From: Phoronis australis
Taxonomy: Eukaryota > Animalia > Phoronida
Length of the DNA: 64,000 nt
NCBI GenBank assembly: GCA_002633005.1
Contig: NMRA01000099.1
Span: 62,001 to 126,000, forward strand
Reading direction: 5' to 3'
Below the pieces are notes generated by a model. That model was not told the origin of the DNA and did no database searches. It saw only the letters and a list, made by a program, of their open reading frames with translations. Made by a program: the position numbers and the translations under genes. Each line of letters opens with the position of its first letter. Positions within the stretch are counted from its first letter, which is position 1. Of the stretch, positions 50,327-62,550 are shown one piece after another.

Positions 50327-50912
50327 TAAGTAAAATTATGCATTGAATAAGCATAACTATGTGTTGACTAAGTAAAACTACGCAAAAGTATGCGTTGAAT
50401 GAGAGCAAAACGATGATGGTGTAAGAATGAAAATTATGCATTGTTTAAGCAAAACTATGCATTAGCTAACCACATTTTAATGCGCAGAAAGGTACTCGTT
50501 TAAGAAGTCCTTGGTGCTTCACACATATAGCCGGGGTTCAAACTTTAGTCGACAATACTAGAAAATTTCCACACTTAATTAAGTCCAAAATGCAACCCTG
50601 GTTAAAATTTACGACAGGAAAGATCATTGGAGAGCCGGTTGCCTGATTCGAGCAAAATAAACACCATGCTTCAGATGCACGGGGCATTGTATCCTAATTA
50701 AGCAATAATTTGTGTGTATGTGGGCGCACCTCTTAATGCAGTGCAAACACCCAGTGTTGTATTGTGTAAAGATTACTGGAATTTATGCTCCAGTTTACAC
50801 TGAGTTAGTTGACTATCAGGAGGCCAGGAATTTTTACCATGACAGTAGAGTTGTTACTAGCGGAAGTGGTGAAGGTCAGATCTGTAGTTAGCAAAGCCTG
50901 GTGCGTTATTAC

Positions 50913-51022
50913 CTCTATGTGACCATTACGCGAGTTGCCAAGGTTACACAGGTAAGACCAATCTGACATGTTGACCAGGTACGCTGAGCACTCAGCTACT
51001 ATCTCAGATCTTGGCAGACTAT
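50913..51022 (-). CDS. INTS8: INTS8 110-nt exon, copy A
   Basis: tttcag|(D)SLPRSEIVAECSAYLVNMSDWSYLCNLGNSRNGHIE|gtaata; resembles PLRQVIAEECVAFMLNWRENEYL; phase 1 to 0. Confidence 0.85.
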
Positions 51023-54000
51023 CTGAAAACAACAGGGATAACACTGAGAATGACAGGTGATCTGTTTTATGAAAAAGATGAAAGCATACAAAAGAGTTGT
51101 TATTCACATGTTGACATTTGAATGAAATTGAAACTGAAGTGAGTTGACCTGTCACCGTCTGAAACCCACGCGGACTATCATAATTATGCCAGATGTGACG
51201 TAGCGCACCAGTCTCGATAAATGAAACCAAGCTCTTATCGAAGTTGATGAAAAGCCAAGGGATTCCACCTCACATTATGGTGTTTTCCCGTTGCTCCCAA
51301 CTTGTTCGATTCTATAGCCCAACAACAAGTTGGGAAGATCTCCCCTGTAACCAATATCTTACACGACTGATTAACTCCATTCTGGCATTTATGGTTGGAG
51401 GGCCCCCAGCTCTCTTTTGTTCGATAATTGCTCTAAGCTCCGATCAGATCGTATCTAGCCTGACTAGGCTGTGCTGCTAAAAATGAAAGTTAAGTTATAA
51501 CATATTTGAACATAAACCAATAGCATTTCTGAATTCCTTCTCAAACGCTGATCATGATTAGTTTTTCAATCACCAAAATTGCCCAACAGAAGTTAAGACA
51601 ATCCATTCTGCCAGGTTTCAGTAACCCCTTGAAACCTGGGAGATAATTGGCCTAGTTGGTTATCATACGGGACAAAAGACTGAGCTGGGCAGTTAACAAA
51701 GGAGCCAGATGTTATCGCACGTTCAGCACCCCTCACGTCTGGAAAAGTTACTGAACGACAGAACACTGTCATGACAGTTAACTTAAAAAGAGGACTAATA
51801 AATCAGGTGTTATAGACACAGCTTGCCGAACCAGTCTTATAAACATCTGTTTTGATGGATGGCATTGCACAGCGTGTCTGAGTAAACCCATTCATTAAGT
51901 TTAATAGCATACAGTAATTCTTCATTTATTTGCTACACAACATGGCTGACAAGTGAAATTTGATTTTGTAAAATTTCTACTACAAAAAATAAAGATAATG
52001 AACATTTTAGTCTAGCACTAATGCATTGTTTACATGACATAAAACAGTTTTGTCAAATATTTTTCTGCAAAATAAATGGACAATTACCAGTAGATTTGAT
52101 TCGACTTTTTTAAGAAAACAGGCAAAAAATTAACTAAATATGCTATGAGTGAATGAAAAAAGAAACGAAAATCTAATACATTTCGAGACCAGCAGGGGTT
52201 TCTTTTATGAAAAGTGATCGAAGGCAATTAAAAGGGAAATTTGGTCTTACACTACACACTACTTCAGAAAAATGATCAAATCTCACTTCAGCAAAAGTAC
52301 AAACCTTAAGTCTCTAAAAATATACCCATAACTGCAAGTAAGTAGTTTTATCAAGGAAGGTGCGTTAACTTTGCAGCTGCTTTGAAGTAGAACTTGCACA
52401 CTAATTCCTTATTTCGTGACTGCTTAGCCAAATTACCGTATTCGCCCTAATAAGCGCCCATGCCCCTATAAGCGCCCCCTAAGAGTTTTCAGACTTTGCT
52501 NAAATATTTTGCGTAGATTACAGTCAGTAGAGAGACATAAAAATATATTTACAACATGAGCATTTTTAACATGTACTGTATGACTAACTAAGACATGGAT
52601 TTTTACTTTTCGCAAAGTCTGTTTTAACTTGACACTGAACAACATTGTTTCGCCAATTCGGGCATATGACACATCGAAGGTTGGGGCGCCGAGAGGAAGG
52701 TAAGTAGGCCGCAGGTTCGCAGAAAAAAAATTGAAGCCGTGAACCCAGGACTCGACTTGGTAACACAACGGTCTCATCACCCCTGCTTATTCATAAGCTG
52801 TTAATCCAAATACAAAGGAGTGACACTGGCGATTATGCGAAAGTCGGAGAACATACATTTCATTTGCACAGTAACGTAGAAAATAAATCAGGGAACCGCT
52901 ATCAAGCGTGTCAAATACTTTGAGTCTGTGATTACGACTGCCAAGAAAAACGTGCGAGATATACACAAACCATCCACATCGAAAACTACAGACGGCCACA
53001 TCAGTCAATACATTACACTGGTGGCAGTTTTAAACAATGTGTAAATAATCACCAATCATGCGAGAAAGTGCACTGTCCGAAATGTTATGGTCAATTTGTC
53101 AGAAATTTGAGAAATATGGTGAATACCAAATTCGACTGTGTCCCAAATTTCAGAATAAAAAAATTCAGTTTGGGGTTGAATTTAGGTGTCCGAAATTCGG
53201 GAGACTGTCTTAATTCGAGAATTTTACCGTAGTTAATCAATGCGCACTGTTGCTTATTCAATGCACACCTTAATCAGATCATACAGCAAAATCATGCCCA
53301 TGGGCTCAAAACTCAAAATGGCGGAAGACTTTCTACACGAGTGCAAGGCAACTTTTGAGGAATGTTGTAGTTATAGATTCTTTGACAAGTGACCATGTAA
53401 ATGATTGCGCTGTTCTGTACTGAATGTAATGTAATGTTGTCTTTGATTGGACACAACGAATAACTAATTCAGAACTGAAAATAAACAAAAGGAATAAGCA
53501 AAACTATGCATTGACTACCATACTCGTCTGGGTGCTTAAATTGGGAATCTAAAAAAACCGAGGGTGGGCGGTTAAAATTGAAATTTTTGAATAGTCGGGA
53601 GGGGTGCTTGCTGCACAAAGGACCGATTTTACCCTCACGGAGCTACACTGACATCGGACTTCAAGCATGTCAGTTAAAATATACATCGGCGGATTGAAGT
53701 AACGGACTTTGTCGGGCTGAAGTGGAATAGCGCACACGATACATTGGCGCCGTGATCCCGAGCGTGACTGGGTTTCCACGTACCTCGGTAGCTGCTCATC
53801 ATGTCTTGGAACTAAGGTATTCTAACGTGCCTTCAGTAGGGCAAGTTTCTTGAGAGAAAAGCAAGATCACTCAAGACTACACTAGATCGTCATGTATTGC
53901 TACCGGAAGCAGGTGATTTTGTAAAAATATGCTGCTGCTAGTTACTTTGGTAACTAAACATGTGCTACTGATTGACAGCCAGTCTTTCTTCTAAATGCTT

Positions 54001-55573
54001 TGAACCTAGCTTGAACACTGTAACATTTTATATACATTATGTATTTCTTTCTGTGTTAAACAGTCAACACTGACCTCCCAGAATTTGTTCTAAGCACGTG
54101 ATCAACAATCGGATGATACTACTATTAGGCAATAGGGGTGGTCAGTCAGTTGCGAAAAAATAATGAAGCAAAAACACATCTTGTAAAAAAGCAAAAGCAT
54201 ATCATGCAAAAAGTCAACAAGAACATCAAGAGTTCAAAAAATAAGATTTTGACCACGTAGATGTTGATAGAATGTAGGACTTGCGCTTAATTACAAGTTG
54301 ATTTCTTGCCCTGTTGCTTTTGGTTGGGCGCTTCCATTTTGGTGTTAGGAGTGAGTCATTAAAAAACACGTTTTACGAAGACACGGAACAATGGCCCATA
54401 TCTGCTTGTATTCAAAACAATGCATCCAAAATGATGTCGGTGGAGTTTCCAAAATCGATGGTCATGTACCAGCCGAGTGTGCACATATTTTTTTCTTATT
54501 TCATTGCTCAAGGTGGTGATGTTTCGTGTATTGTCAGGGGAATCCAGAAAGGTAGGCCACGGACTTGAAATACCGCAAGTACCGCTTTGTTGGTTTTTCT
54601 ACGTCAATGAAATACATTCGACAAGTGCTGTCTCAGTACATGCTGACACGAGTTCTGCGCGTGAGTCAAAGGAAACAATTGCGTCTACTTTAGTAAAGAG
54701 CATGAGAATATGGTTATTTTACCGCCATAGTGAGGCAAGTTCCCGGTTCCGCTAACACTAATTAATTGTCATTGAAAGGTAAGCGAGTTGCGCATGTTTT
54801 GAAATCTTAGTTTTGCGAGATGAACATTCACAAAAGCACATGCTTTTAAGGAGGTCTCGATCATAAAAAATTGGGGGTGGGCAGTAAGCCGAGCATGGGC
54901 GCTTAAAAATGAAAAATTGAAAATTTCGGGGGTGGGCGGTTAGCCGAGCATGGGCGGTAACCCGGACGAGTACGGTAAGTAAAATTATGCATTGAATAAG
55001 CAAAACTATGAGTTGACTAAGTAAAACTACGCATTGATTAAGCAAAAGTATGCATTGAATGGGAGCAAAATGAAGATGGTTTAAGAATGAAAAGTATGCA
55101 TTGTTTAAGCAAAACTACGCGTTAGCTAAGCACATTTTAATGCGCAGAAAGGTACTCGTTAAAGAAGTCCTTGGTGCTTCACACATATAGCCGGGGTTCA
55201 AATTTTGGTTTGACAATACTAGAACATTTCCACACTTAATTAAGTCCAAAATGCAAACCTGCTTAAAATTTACGACAGGAAAAATCATTGGAGAAGCGGT
55301 TGCCTGATTCGAGCAAAATAAACACCATGCTTCAGATTCACGGGGCATTGTATCCTAATTAAGCAATAATTTGTTTGTATGTGGGTGCACCTCTTAATGC
55401 AGTGCAAACACCCAGTGTTGTATTGTGTAAAGATTACTGGAATTTATGCTCCAGTTTACACTGAGTTAGTTGACTATCAGGAGGCCAGGAATTTTTACCA
55501 TGACAGTAGAGTTGTTACTAGTGGAAGTGGTGAAGGTCAGATCTGTAGTTAGCAAAGCCTGTTGCGTTATTAC

Positions 55574-55683
55574 CTCTATGTGACCATTACGCGAGTTGCC
55601 AAGGTTACACAGGTAAGACCAATCTGACATGTTGACCAGGTACGCTGAGCACTCAGCTACTATCTCAGATCTTGGCAGGATAT
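55574..55683 (-). CDS. INTS8: INTS8 110-nt exon, copy B
   Basis: Same exon as 50913-51022 with intact splice sites; reads DIL instead of DSL. Confidence 0.85.
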
Positions 55684-57095
55684 CTGAAAACAACAGGGAT
55701 AACACTGAGAATGACAGGTGATCTGTTTTATGAAAAAGATGAAAGCATACAAAAGAGTTGTTATTCACATGTTGACATTTGAATGAAATTGAAACTGAAG
55801 TGAGTTGACCTGTCACCGTCTGAAACCCACGCGGACTATCATAATTATGCCAGATGTGACGTAGCGCACCAGTCTCGATAAATGAAACCAAGCTCTTATC
55901 GAAGTTGATGAAAAGCCAAGGGATTCCACCTCACATTATGGTGTTTTCCCGTTGCTCCCAACTTGTTCGATTCTATAGCCCAACAACAAGTTGGGAAGAT
56001 CTCCCCTGTAACCAATATCTTACACGACTGATTAACTCCATTCTGGCATTTATGGTTGGAGGGCCCCCAGCTCTCTTTTGTTCGATAATTGCTCTAAGCT
56101 CCGATCAGATCGTATCTAGCCTGACTAGGCTGTGCTGCTAAAAATGAAAGTTAAGTTATAACATATTTGAACATAAACCAATAGCATTTCTGAATTCCTT
56201 CTCAAACGCTGATCATGATTAGTTTTTCAATCACCAAAATTGCCCAACAGAAGTTAAGACAATCCATTCTGCCAGGTTTCAGTAACCCCTTGAAACCTGG
56301 GAGATAATTGGCCTAGTTGGTTATCATACGGGACAAAAGACTGAGCTGGGCAGTTAACAAAGGAGCCAGATGTTATCGCACGTTCAGCACCCCTCACGTC
56401 TGGAAAAGTTACTGAACGACAGAACACTGTCATGACAGTTAACTTAAAAAGAGGACTAATAAATCAGGTGTTATAGACACAGCTTGCCGAACCAGTCTTA
56501 TAAACATCTGTTTTGATGGATGGCATTGCACAGCGTGTCTGAGTAAACCCATTCATTAAGTTTAATAGCATACAATAATTCTTCACTTATTTACCACACA
56601 ACATGATGACAAGTGAAATTCGATTTTGTAAAATTTCTGTTACAAAAAATAAAGATAATGAACATTTTAGTCTAGCACTAATGCATTGTTTACATGACAT
56701 AAAACAGTTTTGTCAAATATTTTTCTGCAAAATAAATGGACAATTACCAGTAGATTTGATTCGACTTTTTTAAGAAAACAGGCAAAAAATTAACTAAATA
56801 TGCTATGAGTGAATGAAAAAAGAAACGAAAATCTAATACATTTCGAGACCAGCAGGGGTTTCTTTTATGAAAAGTGATCGAAGGCAATTAAAAGGGAAAT
56901 TTGGTCTTACACTACACACTACTTCAGAAAAATGATCAAATCTCACTTCAGCAAAAGTACAAACCTTAAGTCTCTAAAAATATACCCATAACTGCAAGTA
57001 AGTAGTTTTATCAAGGAAGGTGCGTTAACTTTGCAGCTGCTTTGAAGTAGAACTTGCACACTAATTCCTTATTTCGTGACTGCTTAGCCAAATTA

Positions 57096-58567
57096 CCGTA
57101 TTCGCCCTAATAAGCGCCCATGCCCCTATAAGCGCCCCCTAAGAGTTTTCAGACTTTGCTAAAATAAGCGCCCAGCCCATGAACGCCGTGTACATGCATA
57201 AAATGCCTTACCTACAGTGCTAAAATTCTACAGTAATGTCTTCAATTTATCACTAAGATCCGACAGTCCTGAAAGAATCATTGTGCATGGAATTTGTAGA
57301 CTAGGATCCTCGCCGCTATGTCAGTACTTAGTCGTGACTATACACTTCAAACTTCCGCCATGCTTGAAAAAGAACGCATGTTTTGCTGATCTTGTGAGGG
57401 ACGCGTCCTATTGCGGTCTGGCCTTTCAGAACAGACACAGTGTACTTGTCAAAGGGATTGTATTGCACCTTTCCTGTACAGATCTTCTCCTTCAACATGA
57501 ATCCAAATTTCTTTGTATATGTGAAAACTGGGAATCGAAGACTAATAAAAGCGTGTCTTTTGTTAAAAGCACGTGGCCAGGAAGCGCGCGCTACATACAA
57601 GTACCTGTCATCGAAGATTAGTCTTCGTGAACTATCTATTCAAGAAATGGGTAACAAGAAATAAATTTACTGGCACTTATTTCCGAAAGTTTTTAATATC
57701 ATGAAAACATTTGTATTATTTTTAGGAGGAATTATTAAATTCATTGTATATGGTGTTTTCAAAGTCAAAATGATCCACCGACAGTGAACACTTCTGAATA
57801 TTTACACCCCTGAATCTCCCGCAAAATAACTTAGACTGTCACGCAACCAGTCACCCGGCAACTCAATGACATCGGCCTTACCGAGATTTCATGAACTTTT
57901 GTAGCAGACAACATCAACAAGTTCTAAATAAAACACTTTCTGCTTTACTACTTGTGTTAATTTCTTTAGATGCACACCTAGATCACTACATCGTGTTTAC
58001 TGTGGCAAATGAACTCTGGTGACACGCACTCACTCGCTCACTCACACAATACGCAGACAAACTTCAAAGCAAACGTCACATGACAACAACATGTGTGTTC
58101 ATCCAGAGATTTTTCTCATGTTGCAACGATCTAGTGCAGATTTGGACTTATGCAGTTAATTACGACTCTACAGGAACTTAAAAATCTTAAGGATGCTATA
58201 TTGAAAACTTAAGGAGGACTTCAGGAAATTAGTTTAGTCTAAACTATATTTTTACTCAAGAATTCAAGTTGACCTATCGGCGATCGTAAGGCAGCGAAGC
58301 ATCAGTAGGCGAGTTTTTCGCACTGGTATTTTCTGAAAAATGCTCGTAATTTAACAACAAAGTTTGATAGCAATGCACAGTAATTTTGTAGAAACTCTGT
58401 TATAGGTTACAGATGCGTCACAGAGCGTAAATTTTATGAATTCTAGCTTACGGTTTCACCTGTTTCGAAGACCAAGTTTCAACCACTTTGGGCTAAAATA
58501 AGTGCCCCCTTTCCTGATTGAAGCGAATTTTTCCAAGCGCCCTGGGCGCTTATTAGGGCTACTACGG
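57096..58567. mobile_element. pogo/Tigger-like TIR element carrying a decayed HIRAN-like ORF
   Basis: ta|CCGTATTCGCCCTAATAAGCGCCC ... GGGCGCTTATTAGGGCTACTACGG|ta; internal minus-strand relic at ~57230-57570. Confidence 0.85.
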
Positions 58568-58689
58568 TAGTTAAAAACACAGCATACACTGACGAAGCGA
58601 AAACGAAGTAGGTTGTTTTTAAAAACGAGTTTTAGGGCGAAAATGATCCATCACAAATCACTGAATTGTGTCCGGTAATTATCATGACA

Positions 58690-58880
58690 TGGTGCTGGGG
58701 AATAACACTGCATGATGCGGGCTATGTGAGCCCCCGAGGTATGTCGTTAAAGCAAAGGTCACCTATAAGCAGAATTTTTGTTTTCACATTTACAAGTTGT
58801 CAGTGAATACAACTGCACTTTGTTCAGCGTAGGTTTTGTTACAGTAGCATTGTCTTTTAGCTCAGGCTATATATTAGCAT
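58690..58880. repeat. Dispersed repeat with copies at ~63465-63660 and, more diverged, ~44898-45000
   Basis: Shared ggtgctggggaataacactgcatgatgc...tatgtgagccc..gaggtatgtc...acaagttgtcagtgaataca. Confidence 0.75.
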
Positions 58881-59108
58881 AGTTAGGAGCAAGCAAATAT
58901 GTTTTTAAAGTTGCTCTAAATACAATTTTTGATAAAGTGTAACTTGCTTTAGATAACTTAAAGGTTAAGAATTTGGTCTCAATTTGTTCTTTACTCATTA
59001 CATTTGCAGGATTTCTAGGTTCAAAAAGGATTGACAGTTCATGCACGTGTTACCAAAAACTATAGGACTTCAATGATTTTTACGAAAAAATCAAACATTG
59101 CATAAAAC

Positions 59109-60420
59109 AACAAGAGCAACGCGGAGCATTGCAATGCGCCCATGAATGCATCACAACGGTGCTCTTTTAGGGCTGTTTATTTGTGTCATAAAAATGGCCA
59201 CTAGACGGCGCAAAACCGTACAATCCATCCCAAAATGGGAACATGTCATAGCTTATTTAACAGAAAGCTATTCACCAAATTTCATAGAAATCTGTCACGG
59301 AACTTCAGAGAAACAAAGGAAAACAGAATCAAATGAAATTGCCACTAGGGGGCACAGTGTTCATTGGATCTGCCTGAAAGTCATAATTGTCTGTTGTTAG
59401 CTTCATATAAATACATATTTACTAAATTTAATAAAGATACAGCAATGGGCGCAAAACAAAACAAAGCTACCATTGGAGATGCCACAGTAGTCAAAGTCAT
59501 CATCGCCAACAATCCTCTTCATACAGAGAACGCCAATTTTCAAAACCATCCTTAGAATGATTTGGTTGATAGAGGGGTGGAGGCCAAAAAAAACAGACTC
59601 AAAAACAGCAGAAATGGCCACTAGGTGGTGCAAAATACCTTGATTCCATCCAAAAACAGGAGGATAGCGTCATCTCACCAATAGATGCCTGTATTCAAAA
59701 TTTTATGAAAATCCGTTGAGGACCCTTTAAGACTCTGAGGTAAACGTAAAATCTAAAATTGCCACCAGGGGCACACCAGTAGTCAGATCCATCTGAATGT
59801 CGTCGTTTTTCTTTGTCAACATCATATAAATACACTTGTTAAATTTAGTAAAGATCTTGCAAACGGTTTAAGAGATACAGCCATAGGTGCAAAAAAACAA
59901 AACTGCCACTAGGAGGTGCCACAGTAGCTGAAGTCATCGGAAAATCATTGTCAGCCGTCCACTTCATAGTAAAAACATACATGACAATTTTCACAACTAT
60001 CCTTAGAGTGGTTTGGTTGATAGAGGGGTGGACGCCTAAAAACAGACTCAAAAACAGTAAAAAAACGGCCACTAGGTGGTGCAAATTTCAACGCAGCTAT
60101 CCGAAAATGGGAGGATAGCGTCATCTCACTAATAGATGCCTACATGCCAAATTTTATGAAAATACGCTGAAGACCTTTGAAGACATAGAGGTAAGCGTAA
60201 AAAACTAAAATTGCCACTAGGGGGCACACCGGTAGTAGGATCCATCCGAAATTTTGGTCATGCCGTCCCATCCACGAAAGAAGCACATGACTTTGTGCAA
60301 AATTTCATGAACATACGTCAAAGGACATCGAACGTACGGACGCCGGACAGACGCTGCCCAGACGGACGGACGGAGATGACGGCATAATGCGTCCACATAT
60401 AAATATGTGGGCGCATAAAA
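59109..60420. mobile_element. Helentron/HINE-like non-autonomous element with ~420-450 bp internal tandem units
   Basis: Begins AACAAGAG in an A-run; ends with a (GACG)n microsatellite, the stem-loop gcgtccacata-taaa-tatgtgggcgc and ATAAAA; internal units recur at ~59197, 59617 and 60068. Confidence 0.75.
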
Positions 60421-61535
60421 ACAAAATGATAATTTAGAAAATTGTAAGTCCAGAGCGCTTTTTAGATTTCATCCAATAGATTTCACCTCATAACAAACGG
60501 AATTTGCTCATATTATCATTACCTTTGTTTTCTATGAAATCAAATAATTTACCTTTATTTTTTGCTAAATTTTACTAAAAACACATGGTCACATCACCCA
60601 ATTAATGGCTGATCACTACAAAGTAAAAAATCAAATTTTACAGGCTTCTTTCGTTCATAAAATACTTTTACCGAGTTAAAATCTAAAATTTCACGGACAT
60701 GTGCCTAAATACACAGACTCATAAAAAAGGTTCTGTGTAACGTAAATACCCTTGGTCACTTCCTTGCGATATCTTAGTCATATAGAGGATCAATAACCAC
60801 TTCGCACTGTTTACATTAAGAAAGCGAAATATCTAAGAAAACCATTGAGATTTGCACAGAGCAGTACATTAGAAACAGTCACTTGACAGCCAACTTAAAC
60901 AACCATATGTCCATTATTTCAGCCCTGACGTAAACCAGTGTCCTCCTCAGTAATCTAATGGTCTTTTCTTTTTTGCAAGCTTTTCCGATAACTGATAAAA
61001 TAACTTCCATGGGGTATCATTGTTCGTTCTGAACTCTACTGACAAGTATGCTGCATAAAAATGCATAAAAATTGACATAGTTTACGTGCTAACAGTAGGA
61101 CACATCTGTTCTTCAGGGGTAAATTTGAAATACTGTAAATACTTGTTGCTGGAAAAAGGTTAAAGCAACTCTTACAATTCCACTTTATCGTCGCCAGGTT
61201 GGCACAAAAAGATGCCACCCACAGTTTGGTGCAGCTTTCCAGAATTTTGTTTTCGACCAATGTCACAAGGTACACACAAACCATGCCATTAGAACTTGCC
61301 AACAGAATTTGTTACCTCAAATTTGACGAGTATTAAGTACACAGTCACCAAAGACAGATCTAGGATGTCACGAAGGATGGGCAACCACAACAAGACACGC
61401 AAGTCCACATCTATTGCCCTTCCGATATATCTTACTTATCTTCATTTTCCTCCAATCTCATTGGCAAACAACTAATGTCTGATTGCCTCCTCTTTCAAAT
61501 AATTGTAGAACATTTACGCTGAGATTTACCACTAC

Positions 61536-61740
61536 CTGTTTCCAACCTAAGAGCTGTAAGACACGCCTTGACCTGCTTGGAGAGATCCAGAGTGGACTTC
61601 TCAGTGTCATCCTGTCGTTCCTGCAGTGCCAGCAGGTCAGTCAAGAGAACCTCCCAGCGCAGCAGCTTCGTCAGTGCATGACACGTCTCCTTCACCACGT
61701 TCAGGGCCTCGGTGTACAACAGGCGAGCAGAGTCAAGCAA
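61536..61740 (-). CDS. INTS8: INTS8 exon
   Basis: tttcag|LLDSARLLYTEALNVVKETCHALTKLLRWEVLLTDLL...KQVKACLTALRLET-G|gtagtg; the phase-1 exit fits the 110-nt exon. Confidence 0.85.
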
Positions 61741-62324
61741 CTGAAAATTAGGGGTAGCGTGTGAATGTACAACTTTTGCGGAGTAATGACGACAGGTCAA
61801 CTGGGACTACAAGAATTATATAAAGATTAAAAGGGATGCGCCACCAAGGATGCTAAGTACTCTGTCCGTTTTGTTGAAGGCGACAGGCTGGCTTGAAAAC
61901 TTCCTTCACGAAACACCATAATGGGGCTCTCGTGTTTTTAGCTCAGGTGTTTGGTGCAGTGGGCCAAACTATGAGGCTTGCACACATCTGATGCAAAGCA
62001 AATGACATCAGGCCACCTGCACTCTTTTTTTAAGGGTGCAAGGTATTTTTGTCCTAGGCATTGCCTGGGTGGCAATTCCAGTTTTATGTACTATTTCAAA
62101 AAAATTTTCGTATAACCGTGTGTTAGACAAGTCTGAATTTTAATAGATTAGAGGGAAATCCATATTGTTTATAGGTTAAAACTTTGATACAAGATCAGTA
62201 ACAAGTAATGGTCTCTAGCGGAGTACAAAATGACTTCACCTTGACGAGTGTCACCTCTTTATTTATTACAACACCTGTAATTTCCATGCAGTAAAAAGTT
62301 CACCACTGTACCTACCCAGAGTAA

Positions 62325-62550
62325 GAGAAGAGAGACTTTCTGCCACAAGGGGCAGTTGGGTCATGTGAAAATTCAGCAATGAATTGTGGGTCTGCTATTG
62401 GATGCTCCATTATTCTCTAAGGGAGAACATAAAAATGGCAAAGTGAGAGAGGTGCCTCTTTCTGCCACAAGGGGGCAGTTGGGTCACATGACTATTTACC
62501 AATGATTTGTGGGTCTGCTATTGGATGCTTCATTGTCCAAGGAAGAACTA
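62325..62550. repeat. Two diverged ~122-bp tandem copies
   Basis: ctttctgccacaaggggcagttgggtca...tgtgggtctgctattggatgct occurs twice. Confidence 0.85.

Larger units (their letters stand above)
46599..50510. mobile_element. Host TIR element with short subterminal repeats, carrying two nested insertions
   Basis: The left end ttcttaaacgagtagacttctgcattaatgtg matches the reverse complement of the right end cacattttaatgcgcagaaaggtactcgtttaagaa; repeated aagcaaaactatgc(a/g)ttga units. Confidence 0.6.
47766..57160. repeat. ~4.7 kb tandem duplication (47766-52500 / 52502-57160) joined by a single N
   Basis: Colinear copies; the first halves show many substitutions and indels, the second halves are nearly identical; junction N at 52501. 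Confidence 0.95.

Noticed and set aside
50805-51480. 141-aa and 78-aa ORFs conserved in both duplicates
   Set aside because: Conservation reflects the duplication; only the 110-nt INTS8 exon is supported as coding.
58585-58612. CTGACGA-agc-GAAA minimal hammerhead-like motif
   Set aside because: No stem II or flanking helices, and no Penelope context.
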